A stretch of 64,000 bases of DNA, from assembly GCA_963843375.1 (NCBI GenBank), contig CAWJKT010000008.1, positions 96,001-160,000 of the forward strand. Direction: 5' to 3'. The position numbers were made by a program, and so were the translations under genes. The stretch comes from an uncultured Pseudomonadota bacterium. GTDB lineage: Bacteria; Oederibacteriota; Muellerivitia; Muellerivitales; Muellerivitaceae. Each line of letters opens with the position of its first letter. The first letter of the stretch is position 1. Of the stretch, positions 19,696-31,370 are shown in pieces. Under the pieces are notes generated by a model, which saw only the letters and a list, made by a program, of their open reading frames with translations, had not been told where the DNA came from and did no database searches.

Positions 19696-21195
19696 TTAGA
19701 ACGAGAAGGTTAAATTCACTCCACCTTCAAGTCCGCTGAAATCCAGGGTTAATGGAGTCGTGGGGTCTGGAATCCCGGTGGACTGATTTATCATATTAGA
19801 GAAACCATTGGCGTTTCCGCTTGCTGTTCCTACAGCTCCACTTTTCGTGTCAACCAGAAGGGTATTACCACCATTTTGGAAATTGGACGCGCTCAAGTAA
19901 CGGTAGCCAATATAGGGCCCAAGGGCAATGCCTTTGCCTAAAACGAAATCCACACCAAGGATCGCTTGGCCATTGAAAGCCATCGTACTATAAGTTGCTG
20001 AACTGGTATCGGTTGCCAGTTGAGCGGTTCCAGTGGAATTATAGGACACCTTGGTGAAGGTAGTACTCACTGGTGAAATACCTCCGCCCAATCCCAGATA
20101 ACCCTTCACCTTGTCGTCGCCGAAGATAACCTTAAATCCCAAATCAGCAGTAATAATCGAAGTATTGTAAGTATATTGCCAAACATCCGCATTTGTTGGA
20201 TATGAAGGGGGCGTTCCATCAGGGTCCATTCGAGAGTAATCATATGTTGTATAAGACAAATTGCCGACCGGGAAATAGCCGATCGCCAAATTAATTTCAA
20301 AATTTTTCCCCAATTGAACATAAGGCTCAAATTCAGGCAAGGCGATTACATTTGGAGTATCCCCGTTTAGAGACACGCTGTTGGAGGCCGTCACATATTG
20401 CTTAATCTGGGTCGGGTCGGAAAAGATATATTCCATACCGCCCAACAGGTGAAATCCGACAGTCACGTCATTACCCTTTTCACCGGCTGCGCCTCCACCC
20501 CCGGCCATGGCCGTTCCCGTAAATTTGGCAACCTGATCATCCACCCACTGCTGGTCATCGGAAGAAAGAGAGGCTTTTATCCTGTCGGCATAAGCTTTAA
20601 TGGAATCATTGGGCTGTTTGACGTTGGCAATGGCGAAATAAAGGGCCGCATTTCGGGCGTTTCCGGTGTTGTAGTAAGCGTATCCGGCGTAGTAATAGGG
20701 CCGGTAATCATTGGGATTCTGTTGGATAGCCGCGTTGAAATATTGGATGGCCTGAGCATATTGCCGCTGCTGAAACAGAGAATAACCAGTGCTCATGTAA
20801 TTGGGGGAAGCTTGCGCTTGGGGCATTCCCGCTCCGGCCATGGCGCCACCCGCGCCAACCTGGGCTTGAAGGTTTTGGACAAATTGGGCCAGTTGAGCGT
20901 TACCTGGCTGCAACGCCGCGGCTCTTTGATAATAAGTCAAGGCGTCTGCCTTGCGGCCCAAGGCATAGTAACAATTTCCCAACCCTTGATAGGCTTGACC
21001 ATTATTGGGATTCATTTTTACGGCCGCATAGTAATATTGGGCGGCCTGGGCGTAATTTTGAGCGCTATAGTATTGATTACCGGCGGCATAATATTGGTCG
21101 GCCGAAGCTCCTTGGGCATCCGACGAGGCCGGCATCCAAAAGTTCAAGAACGCCGCCAAAATAAAAATGAAACCCCAGGTCTTCATGCCTCGCAT
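19696..21195 (-). CDS. TPR-repeat protein with C-terminal outer-membrane barrel
   Basis: Signal peptide, TPR motifs (AYQGLGNCYYALG), C-terminal NLTFSF. Confidence 0.75.
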   Translation of the reverse strand: MRGMKTWGFIFILAAFLNFWMPASSDAQGASADQYYAAGNQYYSAQNYAQAAQYYYAAVKMNPNNGQAYQGLGNCYYALGRKADALTYYQRAAALQPGNAQLAQFVQNLQAQVGAGGAMAGAGMPQAQASPNYMSTGYSLFQQRQYAQAIQYFNAAIQQNPNDYRPYYYAGYAYYNTGNARNAALYFAIANVKQPNDSIKAYADRIKASLSSDDQQWVDDQVAKFTGTAMAGGGGAAGEKGNDVTVGFHLLGGMEYIFSDPTQIKQYVTASNSVSLNGDTPNVIALPEFEPYVQLGKNFEINLAIGYFPVGNLSYTTYDYSRMDPDGTPPSYPTNADVWQYTYNTSIITADLGFKVIFGDDKVKGYLGLGGGISPVSTTFTKVSYNSTGTAQLATDTSSATYSTMAFNGQAILGVDFVLGKGIALGPYIGYRYLSASNFQNGGNTLLVDTKSGAVGTASGNANGFSNMINQSTGIPDPTTPLTLDFSGLEGGVNLTFSF

Positions 21196-21384
21196 TGCCG
21201 CCTCCGATAAATGGGTTCTGAGTTTTTTGAAAAATTTTCTACTTTTCTAGCCTTGAAGCATCAGACATTATAAAGTTTTAAAAAAAGCCGTCTAGGAAAA
21301 TGATTCCCTTTCGACGGTTTGAGTTTTAACGGTTTTTACCCGATTTCCAGGGATTTAAACCCTTCAAAAGCGGATTTCAAATTT

Positions 21385-22590
21385 TCATGAAGTGGCCGGG
21401 GTTGCAACTGGAGCTTCAACTTCTCGCGTTCCTTCCTGGGGTTCATTCACATAAACTTGAGGGGCAATGTTGACTTGCTTTTTATAATCGCCCCGTACCC
21501 GATCCACAAATGTCGGGGTAGCATCAGCTTTCACCAGGCAAACAAGCGACCCTCCCCAACCAATACCCATCATGCGGGAGCCGAGACATCCCGGTTGATT
21601 ACGGACCACACGGGTCAGGATGTCCACTTCCTGGCAAGTCGCTTTCAACTTGTCCGCAAGAGAATCGTGGGATTCGTTTAAGAGCTGCCCAAAACTTTCA
21701 TAATCGCCTTTGATCAGCAAGTCTTTTGCCTTTTTGACGCGCTGATTTTCGTAAACAACATGGTCCAACCGCTTTCGCAGGATAATATCAATATTCTTTC
21801 GAGCCATCTCATAAGCTTCCCCGCCTACATCTCTTAAGGAAATAACCTTCGGCACGAATTTTCGGATTTCCGCCAACAATTGATTGAAAAGTTCAAGCCG
21901 TCTTTTTAAACTCATCCTCTCTCTCTTTTTTACGAACTCCGCTGTCCACCACCACCAGCTTGTAATTTTTAGAGTCAAAAGGCATGTATTCCGGCTTGAA
22001 GGTGCGGGCATCAAACAAAACAAGTTGATCTTTCTTTGCGAACTTGATGGCATAAGGTGAAAAATAATCGCCCCTCGAGGTCATGAATTGGCTTTCCACA
22101 CGATGGCAAAGTTTCGTCAGGGTGGCGTCATCCAGGGGATTGTTACCCAGTTCGTTGCAAGCAACAGCGGTGGCCACTGTGATAGCCGCCGAGGTTCCCA
22201 AACCGATTCCTTCCGGCACGTCCCCAGCCAACACCATCTGGATGCCTTCCAGTTTGCGCCCAGTCCGTTCATAAAAGTAAAGAACACCTTTTGGAAAATT
22301 CGCCCACCCATCGCCCCGGTCAAACTTCAGCGTGGTAAGGGAGACCTTTATTTTTTCGTCATAATTTAGGGAGTGAATAAAAGCCATTTTGTCGCCCTTC
22401 GTTGGGCGGCCACCACCACCGAGTGGTTCCCCGCCGCTAAAAGACTGAACCCATCCACGGCTTCTGTGTATTCCCCGCCCAACAAAGTTAAGCGGCTGGG
22501 GGCCACCACCATAGTGATTTTTCGGCCGGAATCGCCATATTGATGGATAAAAGTGGCCTGAGCTTTTTTGACAAGTTCTTCAAGTGGCAT
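21385..22590 (-). CDS. galactokinase-like GHMP protein, two frameshifts, degenerate active site
   Basis: APSRLTLLGGEYTE, WANFPKGV, PEGIGLGTSAA, HVVYENQRV, GSRMMGIGWGG across three ORF pieces. Confidence 0.8.
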
Positions 22591-22604
22591 AAACCCTCCG
22601 AAAA

Positions 22605-23432
22605 CTATTTATGGAACAAAATCAGGTAATAAAAAAGGACGGGGGCGTTGAAGAGTAAACTATCAATCCGATCAAAAACCCCACCGTGACCAGGAAGCAA
22701 AGAACCCGAATCCTTGGCGGAGAGACTTCGTTTGATGAGGGATTCTACCAGATCACCCAGTTGCCCAAACAAAGAAAGTAAAACGGAAAGCGCCAAAACA
22801 TCCGCAGGAGTGTAAGGATTGATTACGCCAAAATAGTTCATACCATTCCAAAGTAAAAACAAGCTCACGACCACCAAAACAAATCCCCCGACACACCCCT
22901 CCACGGACTTTTTAGGCGAAGCCAGAGGGGCAAAATGATGTTTTCCCCACCAACAGCCAGCGAAGTATCCACCCGTATCGTAAGCCCAGGTAGCGATATA
23001 AAGCCAAAGAAGATGCCAAGACCCCTGCGGAAGTTCTCTTAATCTGAAAAAGTAATGACCCAGTACGCCGAAATAAGCCACCCCGAAGAAAGTCACGCTG
23101 ACGGATACCACCATTTCCTTTAAAGGCCTATGCGACCAAAGGAAGGATAGGGTGAGTATGAAAATCCCCAGCGTTAAAACGTCCGTTCCGCCCCAAGGCC
23201 GCAGCGGCGGAACAACCCAAGGTAAAAGGAGAAGACCCAAAGCAACTAGGCCTTCGGTTCTCAAGGTTTTTAATTTATGAGCGTCTGCCAGCCGGAAATA
23301 TTCCACAAAAGCCAGACCCAGGCCCAATACCACCATGATTTTAAATAAAATATTTGATCCCCAAAAAGTTGCGAATAAAAGGACCACGATGGCGGGGATA
23401 GCGACAAGTATTCGCTTAGTCAAGGAGCCCAT
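22605..23432 (-). CDS. cdsA: phosphatidate cytidylyltransferase
   Basis: SPKKSVEG, GDLVESLIKR, KDSGSLLPGHGGVFDRIDS. Confidence 0.96.
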   Translation of the reverse strand: MGSLTKRILVAIPAIVVLLFATFWGSNILFKIMVVLGLGLAFVEYFRLADAHKLKTLRTEGLVALGLLLLPWVVPPLRPWGGTDVLTLGIFILTLSFLWSHRPLKEMVVSVSVTFFGVAYFGVLGHYFFRLRELPQGSWHLLWLYIATWAYDTGGYFAGCWWGKHHFAPLASPKKSVEGCVGGFVLVVVSLFLLWNGMNYFGVINPYTPADVLALSVLLSLFGQLGDLVESLIKRSLSAKDSGSLLPGHGGVFDRIDSLLFNAPVLFYYLILFHK

Positions 23433-24202
23433 GAAGTCACGCTCCCCATGATGCTTTCAACGCCCCCAAATCGCCTTTGGCGTGTCTGAAAATCGCGCAA
23501 GGCTGCGATGAAATGAGGTGTCCTGAAATCCGGCCAAAGGGTTTTGGTAATGTGGAATTCGGAATAGGCCAATTCCCAAAGAAGGAAATTGGAAACCCGC
23601 ATTTCCCCGCTGGTACGGATCAAAAGATCCACTTCCGGCAGATGGCTCGTGGAAAGAAAACGAGTTATCGTTTTTTCTGAAATGTTCGTCGGTTTCAACC
23701 GCCCCTTTTTAACTTCTTGAGCGATCCCTTTAACCGCCCAGGTCAAATCGTTTCGACCGCTATAGGACAAGGCCAGCACCAGTTTCAAGCCCGTGCAACG
23801 GGAAGTGGTCTCAATGGATTTTTTAAGTTCCTCACGGATTTCTTTTGGCAGGTCTTCAGTATTGCCGATAGTTTGAAGCTGGACGTTGTTTTGTAAAAGT
23901 TCCTCCACTTCATTACGCAGATATTGTTTTAAAAGTTGCATTAAAAGGCCGACTTCCTGGCGAGGTCTTTTCCAGTTCTCGGTGGAAAAAGCGTAAAGGG
24001 TCAGGGCCTCCAACCCCAATTCACCGGATAATCTCACGAGTTCGCGAATAGAATGGGCTCCCGCTCGGTGACCGGCAATACGGGGTAAATGTCGCTTTTT
24101 CGCCCAACGGCCATTGCCATCCATAATGATGGCCACGTGGCGGGGCAAATGGGGTTTAAGTCGGTAGCGCTTTAGAAGTTCGGCCTTTTTGGGGGTTTCC
24201 AC
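23420..24202 (-). CDS. uppS: undecaprenyl diphosphate synthase
   Basis: HVAIIMDGNGRWA, FSTENWKR, IRTSGEMRVSNFLLW. Confidence 0.97.
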   Translation of the reverse strand: METPKKAELLKRYRLKPHLPRHVAIIMDGNGRWAKKRHLPRIAGHRAGAHSIRELVRLSGELGLEALTLYAFSTENWKRPRQEVGLLMQLLKQYLRNEVEELLQNNVQLQTIGNTEDLPKEIREELKKSIETTSRCTGLKLVLALSYSGRNDLTWAVKGIAQEVKKGRLKPTNISEKTITRFLSTSHLPEVDLLIRTSGEMRVSNFLLWELAYSEFHITKTLWPDFRTPHFIAALRDFQTRQRRFGGVESIMGSVTSWAP

Positions 24203-24210
24203 AGCCTTGG

Positions 24211-24768
24211 TTAAAACTCCATGATTTCTTTTTCTTTGTGTTCGCTGAGTTTCCCAATTTCCTGCGTATAAAGATCCGTCATTTTCTGGTTTCGCTCGTG
24301 GAATTTCTTGAAATCATCCTCGGCAATTTCTTTTTTCATGTGATCTAAAGCTTTATTGGCGTCCTGGCGGATACTGCGAATCGCCACCCTTCCGCCTTCT
24401 GCGTGCTTGTGGACCAATTTCACGAATTCTTTTCGTCGTTCTTCCGTCAACGGCGGCATCGAAAGCCGGATGACTTTCCCGTCATTGTTGGGTGCGATCC
24501 CCAAATCGCTTTTTTGTAGGGCCTTTTCAATTTCCATCAAAGCTTGGGGGTCCCAGGGTTTCATTTCCAGGGTTCGTGAATCGGGTACTGAAATATTGGC
24601 CACCTGATTTAAAGGCACCAACGAACCGTAATATTCGACTTTTATATTTTCAACAAGGGCCGCGGAAGCCCGACCAGTTCGAACGGAGGAAAATTCCCGT
24701 TTGGTAGCCTCAACGGCTTTTTTCATTTTAGATTCGGTTTCATTTAGGACTTGGTTCGCGTCGGCCAC
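24211..24768 (-). CDS. frr: ribosome recycling factor
   Basis: RTGRAS, PPLTEERRK. Confidence 0.97.
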   Translation of the reverse strand: MADANQVLNETESKMKKAVEATKREFSSVRTGRASAALVENIKVEYYGSLVPLNQVANISVPDSRTLEMKPWDPQALMEIEKALQKSDLGIAPNNDGKVIRLSMPPLTEERRKEFVKLVHKHAEGGRVAIRSIRQDANKALDHMKKEIAEDDFKKFHERNQKMTDLYTQEIGKLSEHKEKEIMEF

Positions 24769-24825
24769 TTGGATAAACCTCGATTTTGAATTCAGAAAAA
24801 CTAAACAATCATTTAAAACCCGAAA

Positions 24826-25569
24826 TTAATTCCTTACAACCGTTCCAATCGGTTCACCGCAAACCGCGCGTTGGATATTTCCGGGTTGATGAAGGTCAAA
24901 AACAACAATTGGAAGCTTGTTTTCCATACAAAGGGTCAGAGCGGTGGTATCCATGACCCGCAGTTGCCGGTTGATGGCGTCGATATAGGTAAGGTTTTTG
25001 AACTTTTTGGCTTGAGGATCTTTCTTGGGGTCAGCGCTATAAATGCCGTCCACATTGGTGGCTTTGAGAATGGCGTCCGCGCCGATCTCAATGGCCCTGA
25101 GCGCTGCAGCCGTATCCGTTGTAAAGTAGGGATTTCCCGTGCCCCCGGCGAAGATAACGATGCGACCCTTTTCCATATGCCGCAAGGCCCGGCGGCGGAT
25201 ATAGGGTTCGGCGACTTTGGACATTTCAATGGCGCTTTGGACCCGGGTATGGGCTCCTTGTTGTTCGAGGGCGTTTTGAAGTGCCAGTGCGTTGATCAAA
25301 GTGGCCAGCATGCCCATGTAATCGGAGGAAACTCGGTCCATGCCCATACGTTCGCCATCGGCACCACGGTAGATATTGCCGCCTCCGATGACGAGGGCAA
25401 TTTCCACCCCGGATTTCTGGACATCATAAACCGCCCGGGCAATGGCCCGGACGACTTTTTCATCAATACGGTGTTCATTGTCCCCCGCCAAAGCTTCACC
25501 CGAAAGCTTAAGCAATACCCGGCGGTAAACCGGTTTGGACTTTGAACTTTTAGAAGACTTTGGAGCCAT
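24826..25569 (-). CDS. pyrH: UMP kinase
   Basis: [26 protein letters not shown]. Confidence 0.97.
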   Translation of the reverse strand: MAPKSSKSSKSKPVYRRVLLKLSGEALAGDNEHRIDEKVVRAIARAVYDVQKSGVEIALVIGGGNIYRGADGERMGMDRVSSDYMGMLATLINALALQNALEQQGAHTRVQSAIEMSKVAEPYIRRRALRHMEKGRIVIFAGGTGNPYFTTDTAAALRAIEIGADAILKATNVDGIYSADPKKDPQAKKFKNLTYIDAINRQLRVMDTTALTLCMENKLPIVVFDLHQPGNIQRAVCGEPIGTVVRN

Positions 25570-25637
25570 TTTCTTTCCCGCGAAAGACATTTCGAAAGGC
25601 AACCAAGTGGCCGCTAGCTTCACTGGCGGTTTTTAGA

Positions 25638-26227
25638 TTACTCGCCTAATTGCAACCGCGCGAACCGGCGAACCACCACATTTTCACCCAATTTGGCGGC
25701 TACCTCAGTGACATATTGTTTAACGCTTTTCTTCGGCTCCCGGATATAAGGCTGGTCCATCAGGCATACCTGCTTATAGTAGCTTTCAATCTTGCCCTCG
25801 GCGATTTTCGCCTGAACCGCTTCCGGTTTCCCCGATTGCTTGGCTTCGTTCATGTAAATTTCGCGCTCTTTTTCTAATTCGGCGGCCGGAACTTCCTCAC
25901 GGTTGACGTATTTAGGAACGAAGCGGCCACTTGCATGGCCAATTCCTTGGCTAAATTGAGAAAATCGTCCGTCTTAGCCACAAAATCGGTCTCGCAATTG
26001 ACTTCGACCAACACTCCCACTTTGCCGCTGTGAACGTAGCTTCCAATGACGCCCTGATCAGCGTTGCGGCCGGAGCGTTTGGCCACTTGGGCCACGCCCT
26101 TTTCCCTCAGCCAAACAACCGCCTTCTCAAAATCGCCCATGTTTTCCGTCAGGGCTTTTTTACAGTCCATCATGCCCGCGCCGGTTTTTTCGCGAAGTTC
26201 CTTTACCGATGTTGCGGATATTTCCAT
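25638..26227 (-). CDS. tsf: elongation factor Ts (short form), frameshift near 25915
   Basis: [27 protein letters not shown]-terminal half in another frame. Confidence 0.93.
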
Positions 26228-26278
26228 TTTAAAAAAACCTCCGAAATTAAGAATTCAAAATCTTAAAGACTTGTTGGA

Positions 26279-27258
26279 TTAGGGTTTGTCATCCCGCACA
26301 CGCTTGGTGCGAATACGTTCGACCTTTTCAGTGGCCAATTCGTCAGCGATGACCGCCACGGTTTCGGCGTCACCCGCCAAGTGTTTCCACGCCTCCCACC
26401 AGAAGTTCGGCCACTTCCTTCTGTTCGGGGATTTCCTCGACCGGGATTTCGCTTCGGCTAAGGCGGCTTCACCTTCGGCCGGAAGGGATTTTTCTTGTTC
26501 GGCCGCAGCCAGCATTTCCGCTCCCACTTCGCTAGGTCCGACCACCCCTTCGGCGGAAACTTCCTTGCCTTCCAATTCTTTGGAACGGCCTTCCAAAATA
26601 GCGCTGGCCATGACGGAAGTCATGAGTTTCACAGCGCGGATGGCATCATCGTTACCAGGGAATGACTACATCGATTTCGCCGGGATCGCAATTGGTATCC
26701 ACCACCGCGATCACCGGAATCCCCAACTTACGGGCTTCCTGAACCGCGATATGTTCTTTCTTGGTATCAATCACGAAAATGGCGCCGGGAAGTTTTCCGA
26801 CATTTTTGATGCCGCCCAAGGAGCGCTGAAGCTTTTGTTTGTCTTTGTTCAATCCGGCTTGCTCTTTTTTGGAGCGAGTCGTTCATTTCCTGTTCAGAAA
26901 TGCTTTCCAGTTCCTTCAGGTAGCCGATGGACTTTTTGATGGTGGTGAAATTGGTGAGCATCCCCCCCAACCATCGGTAATTGACATAAGGCATTCCACA
27001 ACGGTCCGCCTCTTCCTTGATGGCGTCTTGGGCCTGCTTTTTAGTCCCGACAAACACAATGGTCTCGCCAGATGCCGCCAGATCTTTCACGAACTGGTAG
27101 GCTTCCTTGAGTTTCTTAACGGTTTTTTGGAGGTCGATAATGTGGATCCCGTTACGCTCCCCGAATATATAGAGGGCCATTTTGGGATTCCAACGGCGGG
27201 TCTGGTGTCCGAAATGCACACCAGCTTCCAACAACTGCTTCATCGAAACAGACATCAT
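26279..27258 (-). CDS. rpsB: 30S ribosomal protein S2, with frameshifts
   Basis: [39 protein letters not shown] across several frames. Confidence 0.93.
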
Positions 27259-27274
27259 GGTACGACTCCTTTAA

Positions 27275-27372
27275 GTTATTCCACCGCCTTTTCTTTCCAC
27301 TCAAGAGTGGATTCCTTTCCAACCCCCTGAATTGGAGGCCACTGAAAGAGAACATGGAAAAAGCGTGAGAGA
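27275..27372 (-). ncRNA. rpsB leader (t44/S2 autoregulatory RNA-like)
   Basis: CUCACGCUUUUCC...GAAAAGGCGGUGGAAUAAC stem just upstream of the rpsB RBS; promoter TTGTTG-17-TATAAC further upstream. Confidence 0.55.
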
Positions 27373-27560
27373 TTGGCCCGCGTTTGCCGCTGGGCCCGCT
27401 TCAACTGGGCCAAAGCCTGTTAAAGCGGTATGGTTATAACACGCTCCCCCGATGGCAACAAGGGGTAATCAAAAGGAAAAACCATCTTTTAAAAGGCTTT
27501 CTACTACTCAGGATTAAGTTTAAATGAATTGCAATAAGGGGGGTGGAGTCTGTCGGGCAG

Positions 27561-29787
27561 TTAGGGATGGGCTTCCTTGCCCATTCGAAAGACAATGGTT
27601 TTGCCATAAACGAGGGTATCGTGGTCAAAATACTTTTTTTTATAGTCCAGCCCATCGACTAAAAGGGATTGAACGTAAAGGTTATCTAGCCGAGTTATCA
27701 ATGCATTTCAGTGTTAACAAACCGCCGGGATAAACCATCTTGTCCAGTAATATGTCCACTTGTTGAAAATAGCGGGCTTCCCATTTGGTACGTGTTGCTT
27801 CCAGGACAAACCGGATAAAAACCCAGAGCCGAGAAAAGATACCAAACCGACATGACTCCGCCATCATCGTTCCCCGGAATTCCGTCCGGAGTGGATTTGT
27901 AATATTTGCCCATCAGTTCCCTGATTTCTTTTTGGGTGCGCCAGGCTTCATTCGGGACATAGTCAAAAAGATAAGGCCAGGAGATGTCCGGCTCGTTAGT
28001 CGCGTCGTAATGGCCTCCGTCAAAACACTGTTGCAGGCGCTTCACAAAGGCGTCATCACCGCCCAAGAGCATCTTGAGGCCGTCCATATCCTGGGGGGCA
28101 AAGAAAAGATACTGCCAGGCGGTGCCTTCCACATAACCGGGCCCTCCGTTATCCGGCCAGCTTTGGTCACAGCAGTTGGTGACGGGATCAAAAGGCGTCA
28201 TCCAAGTTCCATCGCGATTTTTGGCCCGCAGGAACCCCGTACTCGCATCATAAAAATTTCGGTAGACCCCGGACATATGAATGTACTTTTCATAATCCTT
28301 TGGTTTATCAAGATCTTTTGCCAATTGGGCCAAGCACCAGAAATCGTAAGAATATTCCAGGCTGGTCGAAACCGAACCCCAAAGCAAGATCCCCGCTGTC
28401 GTCATCCTTAGGTATGAAGCCGTACTGCAAGAAGGGACTTCAAGCCGCCAAAGATTTTATTGTCCTTGGGACTAGGCTTTTCACGATGGAGTTATAAGCC
28501 GAATCCACGTCAAAATCCTTGAGCCCCTGCCGGTACGCATCTAAAAGTACCGGAACCGCCGGGCAACCCACCATAACCCGGGTTTCATTTCCCGCCAATT
28601 CCCACTTGGGAAGCCAGCCGCTTTCCTTGGCCATTTCGACAATGCTTTTCACCATGTCCAAATCCCTTTCGGGATAAAAGAGGCCCAAAAAGGGGTGGAG
28701 ATTCCGGTAAGTGTCCCAAAGTGAAAAGACATGGTAACGGATATAGGTATCAGCCTTATCCACTTCATGATGGCCCATGCCTTCGTACTCTCCGTTTACA
28801 TCGGAAAAAACGCTGGGATGGATCAAGGCGTGATAAAGGGCGGTATAAAAAATTTTCAACTGGTCGTTGGAGCCTCCCGTAATCTTTATCCGGGAAAGTT
28901 GCTTCCTCCCAGGCCGCACGGGCCTTCGCCCGGATATCCTGAAAATCCCAATCGGGAACTTCCGTTTTCAAATTTAGCCTAGCATTCGCGACACTCACAT
29001 AGGAAACTCCAACCTTCACCATAATGGGTTCCTGCCCCGTCGTGGAAAACCTGAAAAAAGCTCCGACATCCTTTCCTTTTTGTTCCTTTTTTCCCGAAAT
29101 CAACCCGTCCTTCCAAGTTCCTGTCTGGACGGCCTTTTTGCTGAACTGGGCCACAAAATAAACGGTTTGTTTGTTGCCCGCGAAGGGAGTGCAAAAATCC
29201 CCGCTTTGAGAAGAACCTTCCATTTCCGTCTGGGAGACAATCTTGACGCTGGACTCAAAAGAGGGGGATTTCAAAGTCACCGGATCGGTCGTTAACCGGT
29301 GACTAGCGCTCAAAATAATATTGGCGTCTCCCTTACACGCTGGAAAGTAATATTGGCTCAAACCCACGCGAGTGGTGGCCGTCATTTCCGCTTGGATGTC
29401 GTAGGTTTTAAGGTGGACGGTATAATAACCGGGTGTGGCGGCCTCGGAATCATAAGCGGATTTCCATTGTTCGAGTGAGGTTTTGACATTTCCGGTCGTG
29501 GGCATTAAAAGAACATTTCCCAGATCGGGGCATCCTGTACCGCTTAGATGTACGTGCCCGAAACCATAGATGGCGGGTTCACCATTGATATATCCTGAAG
29601 GCGCTTGGGGTGCGTTATGGGGGCTTACCGAAACCATTCCCCAAGGCAACAAGGCCCCCGGAAAAGTGTTCCCCCCGTTGGCCGTTCCCACGAAGGGGTT
29701 CACCCAATCGGTCAACCCCTCTCCCATCGCAGGGGAGAAAACGAAAATATAAAAGGTTAACGCTAATCCAAACCAAAACCGGTACAT
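27561..29787 (-). CDS. GH92 alpha-mannosidase, several frameshifts
   Basis: VNPFVGT, HLSGTGC, FSLWDTYR, YVEGTAWQY, NEPDI, PGNDDGG. Confidence 0.9.
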
Positions 29788-29868
29788 GTTTTTTCGCTTT
29801 TCCTTTTCCAAAAAACGTTGAAAGCTTTAAAATGTTTTGTCGCGCGGAATTCCAAATATAACGGAAGT

Positions 29869-30888
29869 ATGAACTTGCACTTGCGGCCCCAATTATCCTC
29901 CATACGTGCCCGTTTCGGATACCCTTATCACCAATGGATGACCCAGGAATTCAATGAATCCGGCTGGAACCTCGTCCAAAAAAGCTTGGCCCAAAAGCGC
30001 ACTCATGACGTGACCATGCTCATTGAGGGACCCGATGGCCGTTTTGCCCTCATGAGCAAGCACAGTTACCCTCCCGGCATTTTCCGTTCTCCCTCTGGCG
30101 GGGTCCATCCCGGCGAGGATATCGCGGCGGGAGCCCTTCGCGAAGCCAAAGAAGAGACCGGTTTGAACATCGAATTAAAACGCTTTCTCCTCCATATCAC
30201 TCTCGATATAAGTTATCAGGATGAAGTTGCCACCTGGGACTCTTACGTCTTTTACGCCACAACCCGCGACACCCAGTTAAAACCCACTGATTTAAAGGAA
30301 GTCAAAGATACGCAATGGGCGGGTCGGGAAAATCTGATATCCATGGTGACCATGTTAAAAGAAACCGGGAACGGAGGCCTCATTTACCGCGGCGATCTCA
30401 CCGCCGCTTCCCTCTGGGCCTTGGATAATCCCTTGGCGTTCCGAGAAGCCACCTCACGCGACATGCCCGGTATCGCTCATTCGTTGATCGCCAATAGGCT
30501 AGTGGTCTCCAATCCTGAGCAAACCTATTGGTGGATCGCTGAAATTCAGGGTTTAACTTCCGGCACGGTCGGAATAACTCCCCGTGAGGACTGCACTGAA
30601 CTGACTGGCCTTACCGTCGATCCCCTTTTCCGAGGACGAGGCCTTGGTCATGCAATGGTGGAATATGCCTGTGACCAATGGTACAGCCCGATGAAACGAA
30701 GGAAGTTGACCGAGGGAAAGGTGGTTTTGAACGACAAGCTCTGGCTGACAACCTCTACACCTGGTTATTTCCTGCCGGTCAATTTCATCCTTACCGATCC
30801 AATGCTTTTGCCCAAAAGCCTTAAGGATCAACTCACCGGCTTCCGTTCCAAGTGGCAAGGTATGCGGTATCAAATGTACAAGCTCTAA
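29869..30888 (+). CDS. Nudix hydrolase - GNAT acetyltransferase fusion
   Basis: Nudix box GGVHPGEDIAAGALREAKEETG; GNAT motif A VDPLFRGRGLG. Confidence 0.85.
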   Translation: MNLHLRPQLSSIRARFGYPYHQWMTQEFNESGWNLVQKSLAQKRTHDVTMLIEGPDGRFALMSKHSYPPGIFRSPSGGVHPGEDIAAGALREAKEETGLNIELKRFLLHITLDISYQDEVATWDSYVFYATTRDTQLKPTDLKEVKDTQWAGRENLISMVTMLKETGNGGLIYRGDLTAASLWALDNPLAFREATSRDMPGIAHSLIANRLVVSNPEQTYWWIAEIQGLTSGTVGITPREDCTELTGLTVDPLFRGRGLGHAMVEYACDQWYSPMKRRKLTEGKVVLNDKLWLTTSTPGYFLPVNFILTDPMLLPKSLKDQLTGFRSKWQGMRYQMYKL

Positions 30889-31370
30889 AATTAACAATCC
30901 TTCGATCAATTGTTAGGTGATGAGTAAACAATATAATTTTCACCGGACAAGGGGCCTGCAAAGGTTACCGGGGCTTGGTTCGAATCCTAATTGAAAAGTC
31001 CCCGGCTTGGACTCGAACGCACGCACCCCATAAACTTTGAATTGCCGTATTTTAGATCCTTTGGCCTAAAGAGCTAGGTCCCTTTCTCTCGAAGATTGAA
31101 CCAATAGCCCTCCATCGTCGGATTGCGACAAAATTATTCCAAAATAGATAATGTTGCCGCAATAAACCCATTCCGTGCCAGCCAACGCGCTGTCTCTAAT
31201 ACCTTTTTTTAATCACGAATAGATTTAAGAAAAATCCAAGATGCCCAAGGGCGAACCCAGATTTTCAGACAACGGTAATTTGGGCAAAGTTGGGATCATA
31301 GAATGTTTTAATGTGAATCGATGGAGAAATAGAGATACGAAACGAGCTAAAAACTTAACCGAAAAGCAGA

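Noticed and set aside
25638..27258. Programmed frameshifting or pseudogenisation of rpsB/tsf
   Set aside because: Essential genes, no shared slippery sites, and similar indels occur across the window
31040..31105. c-di-GMP-I-like motif on the minus strand
   Set aside because: Only partial resemblance (no GCAAA elements) and no gene downstream to regulate
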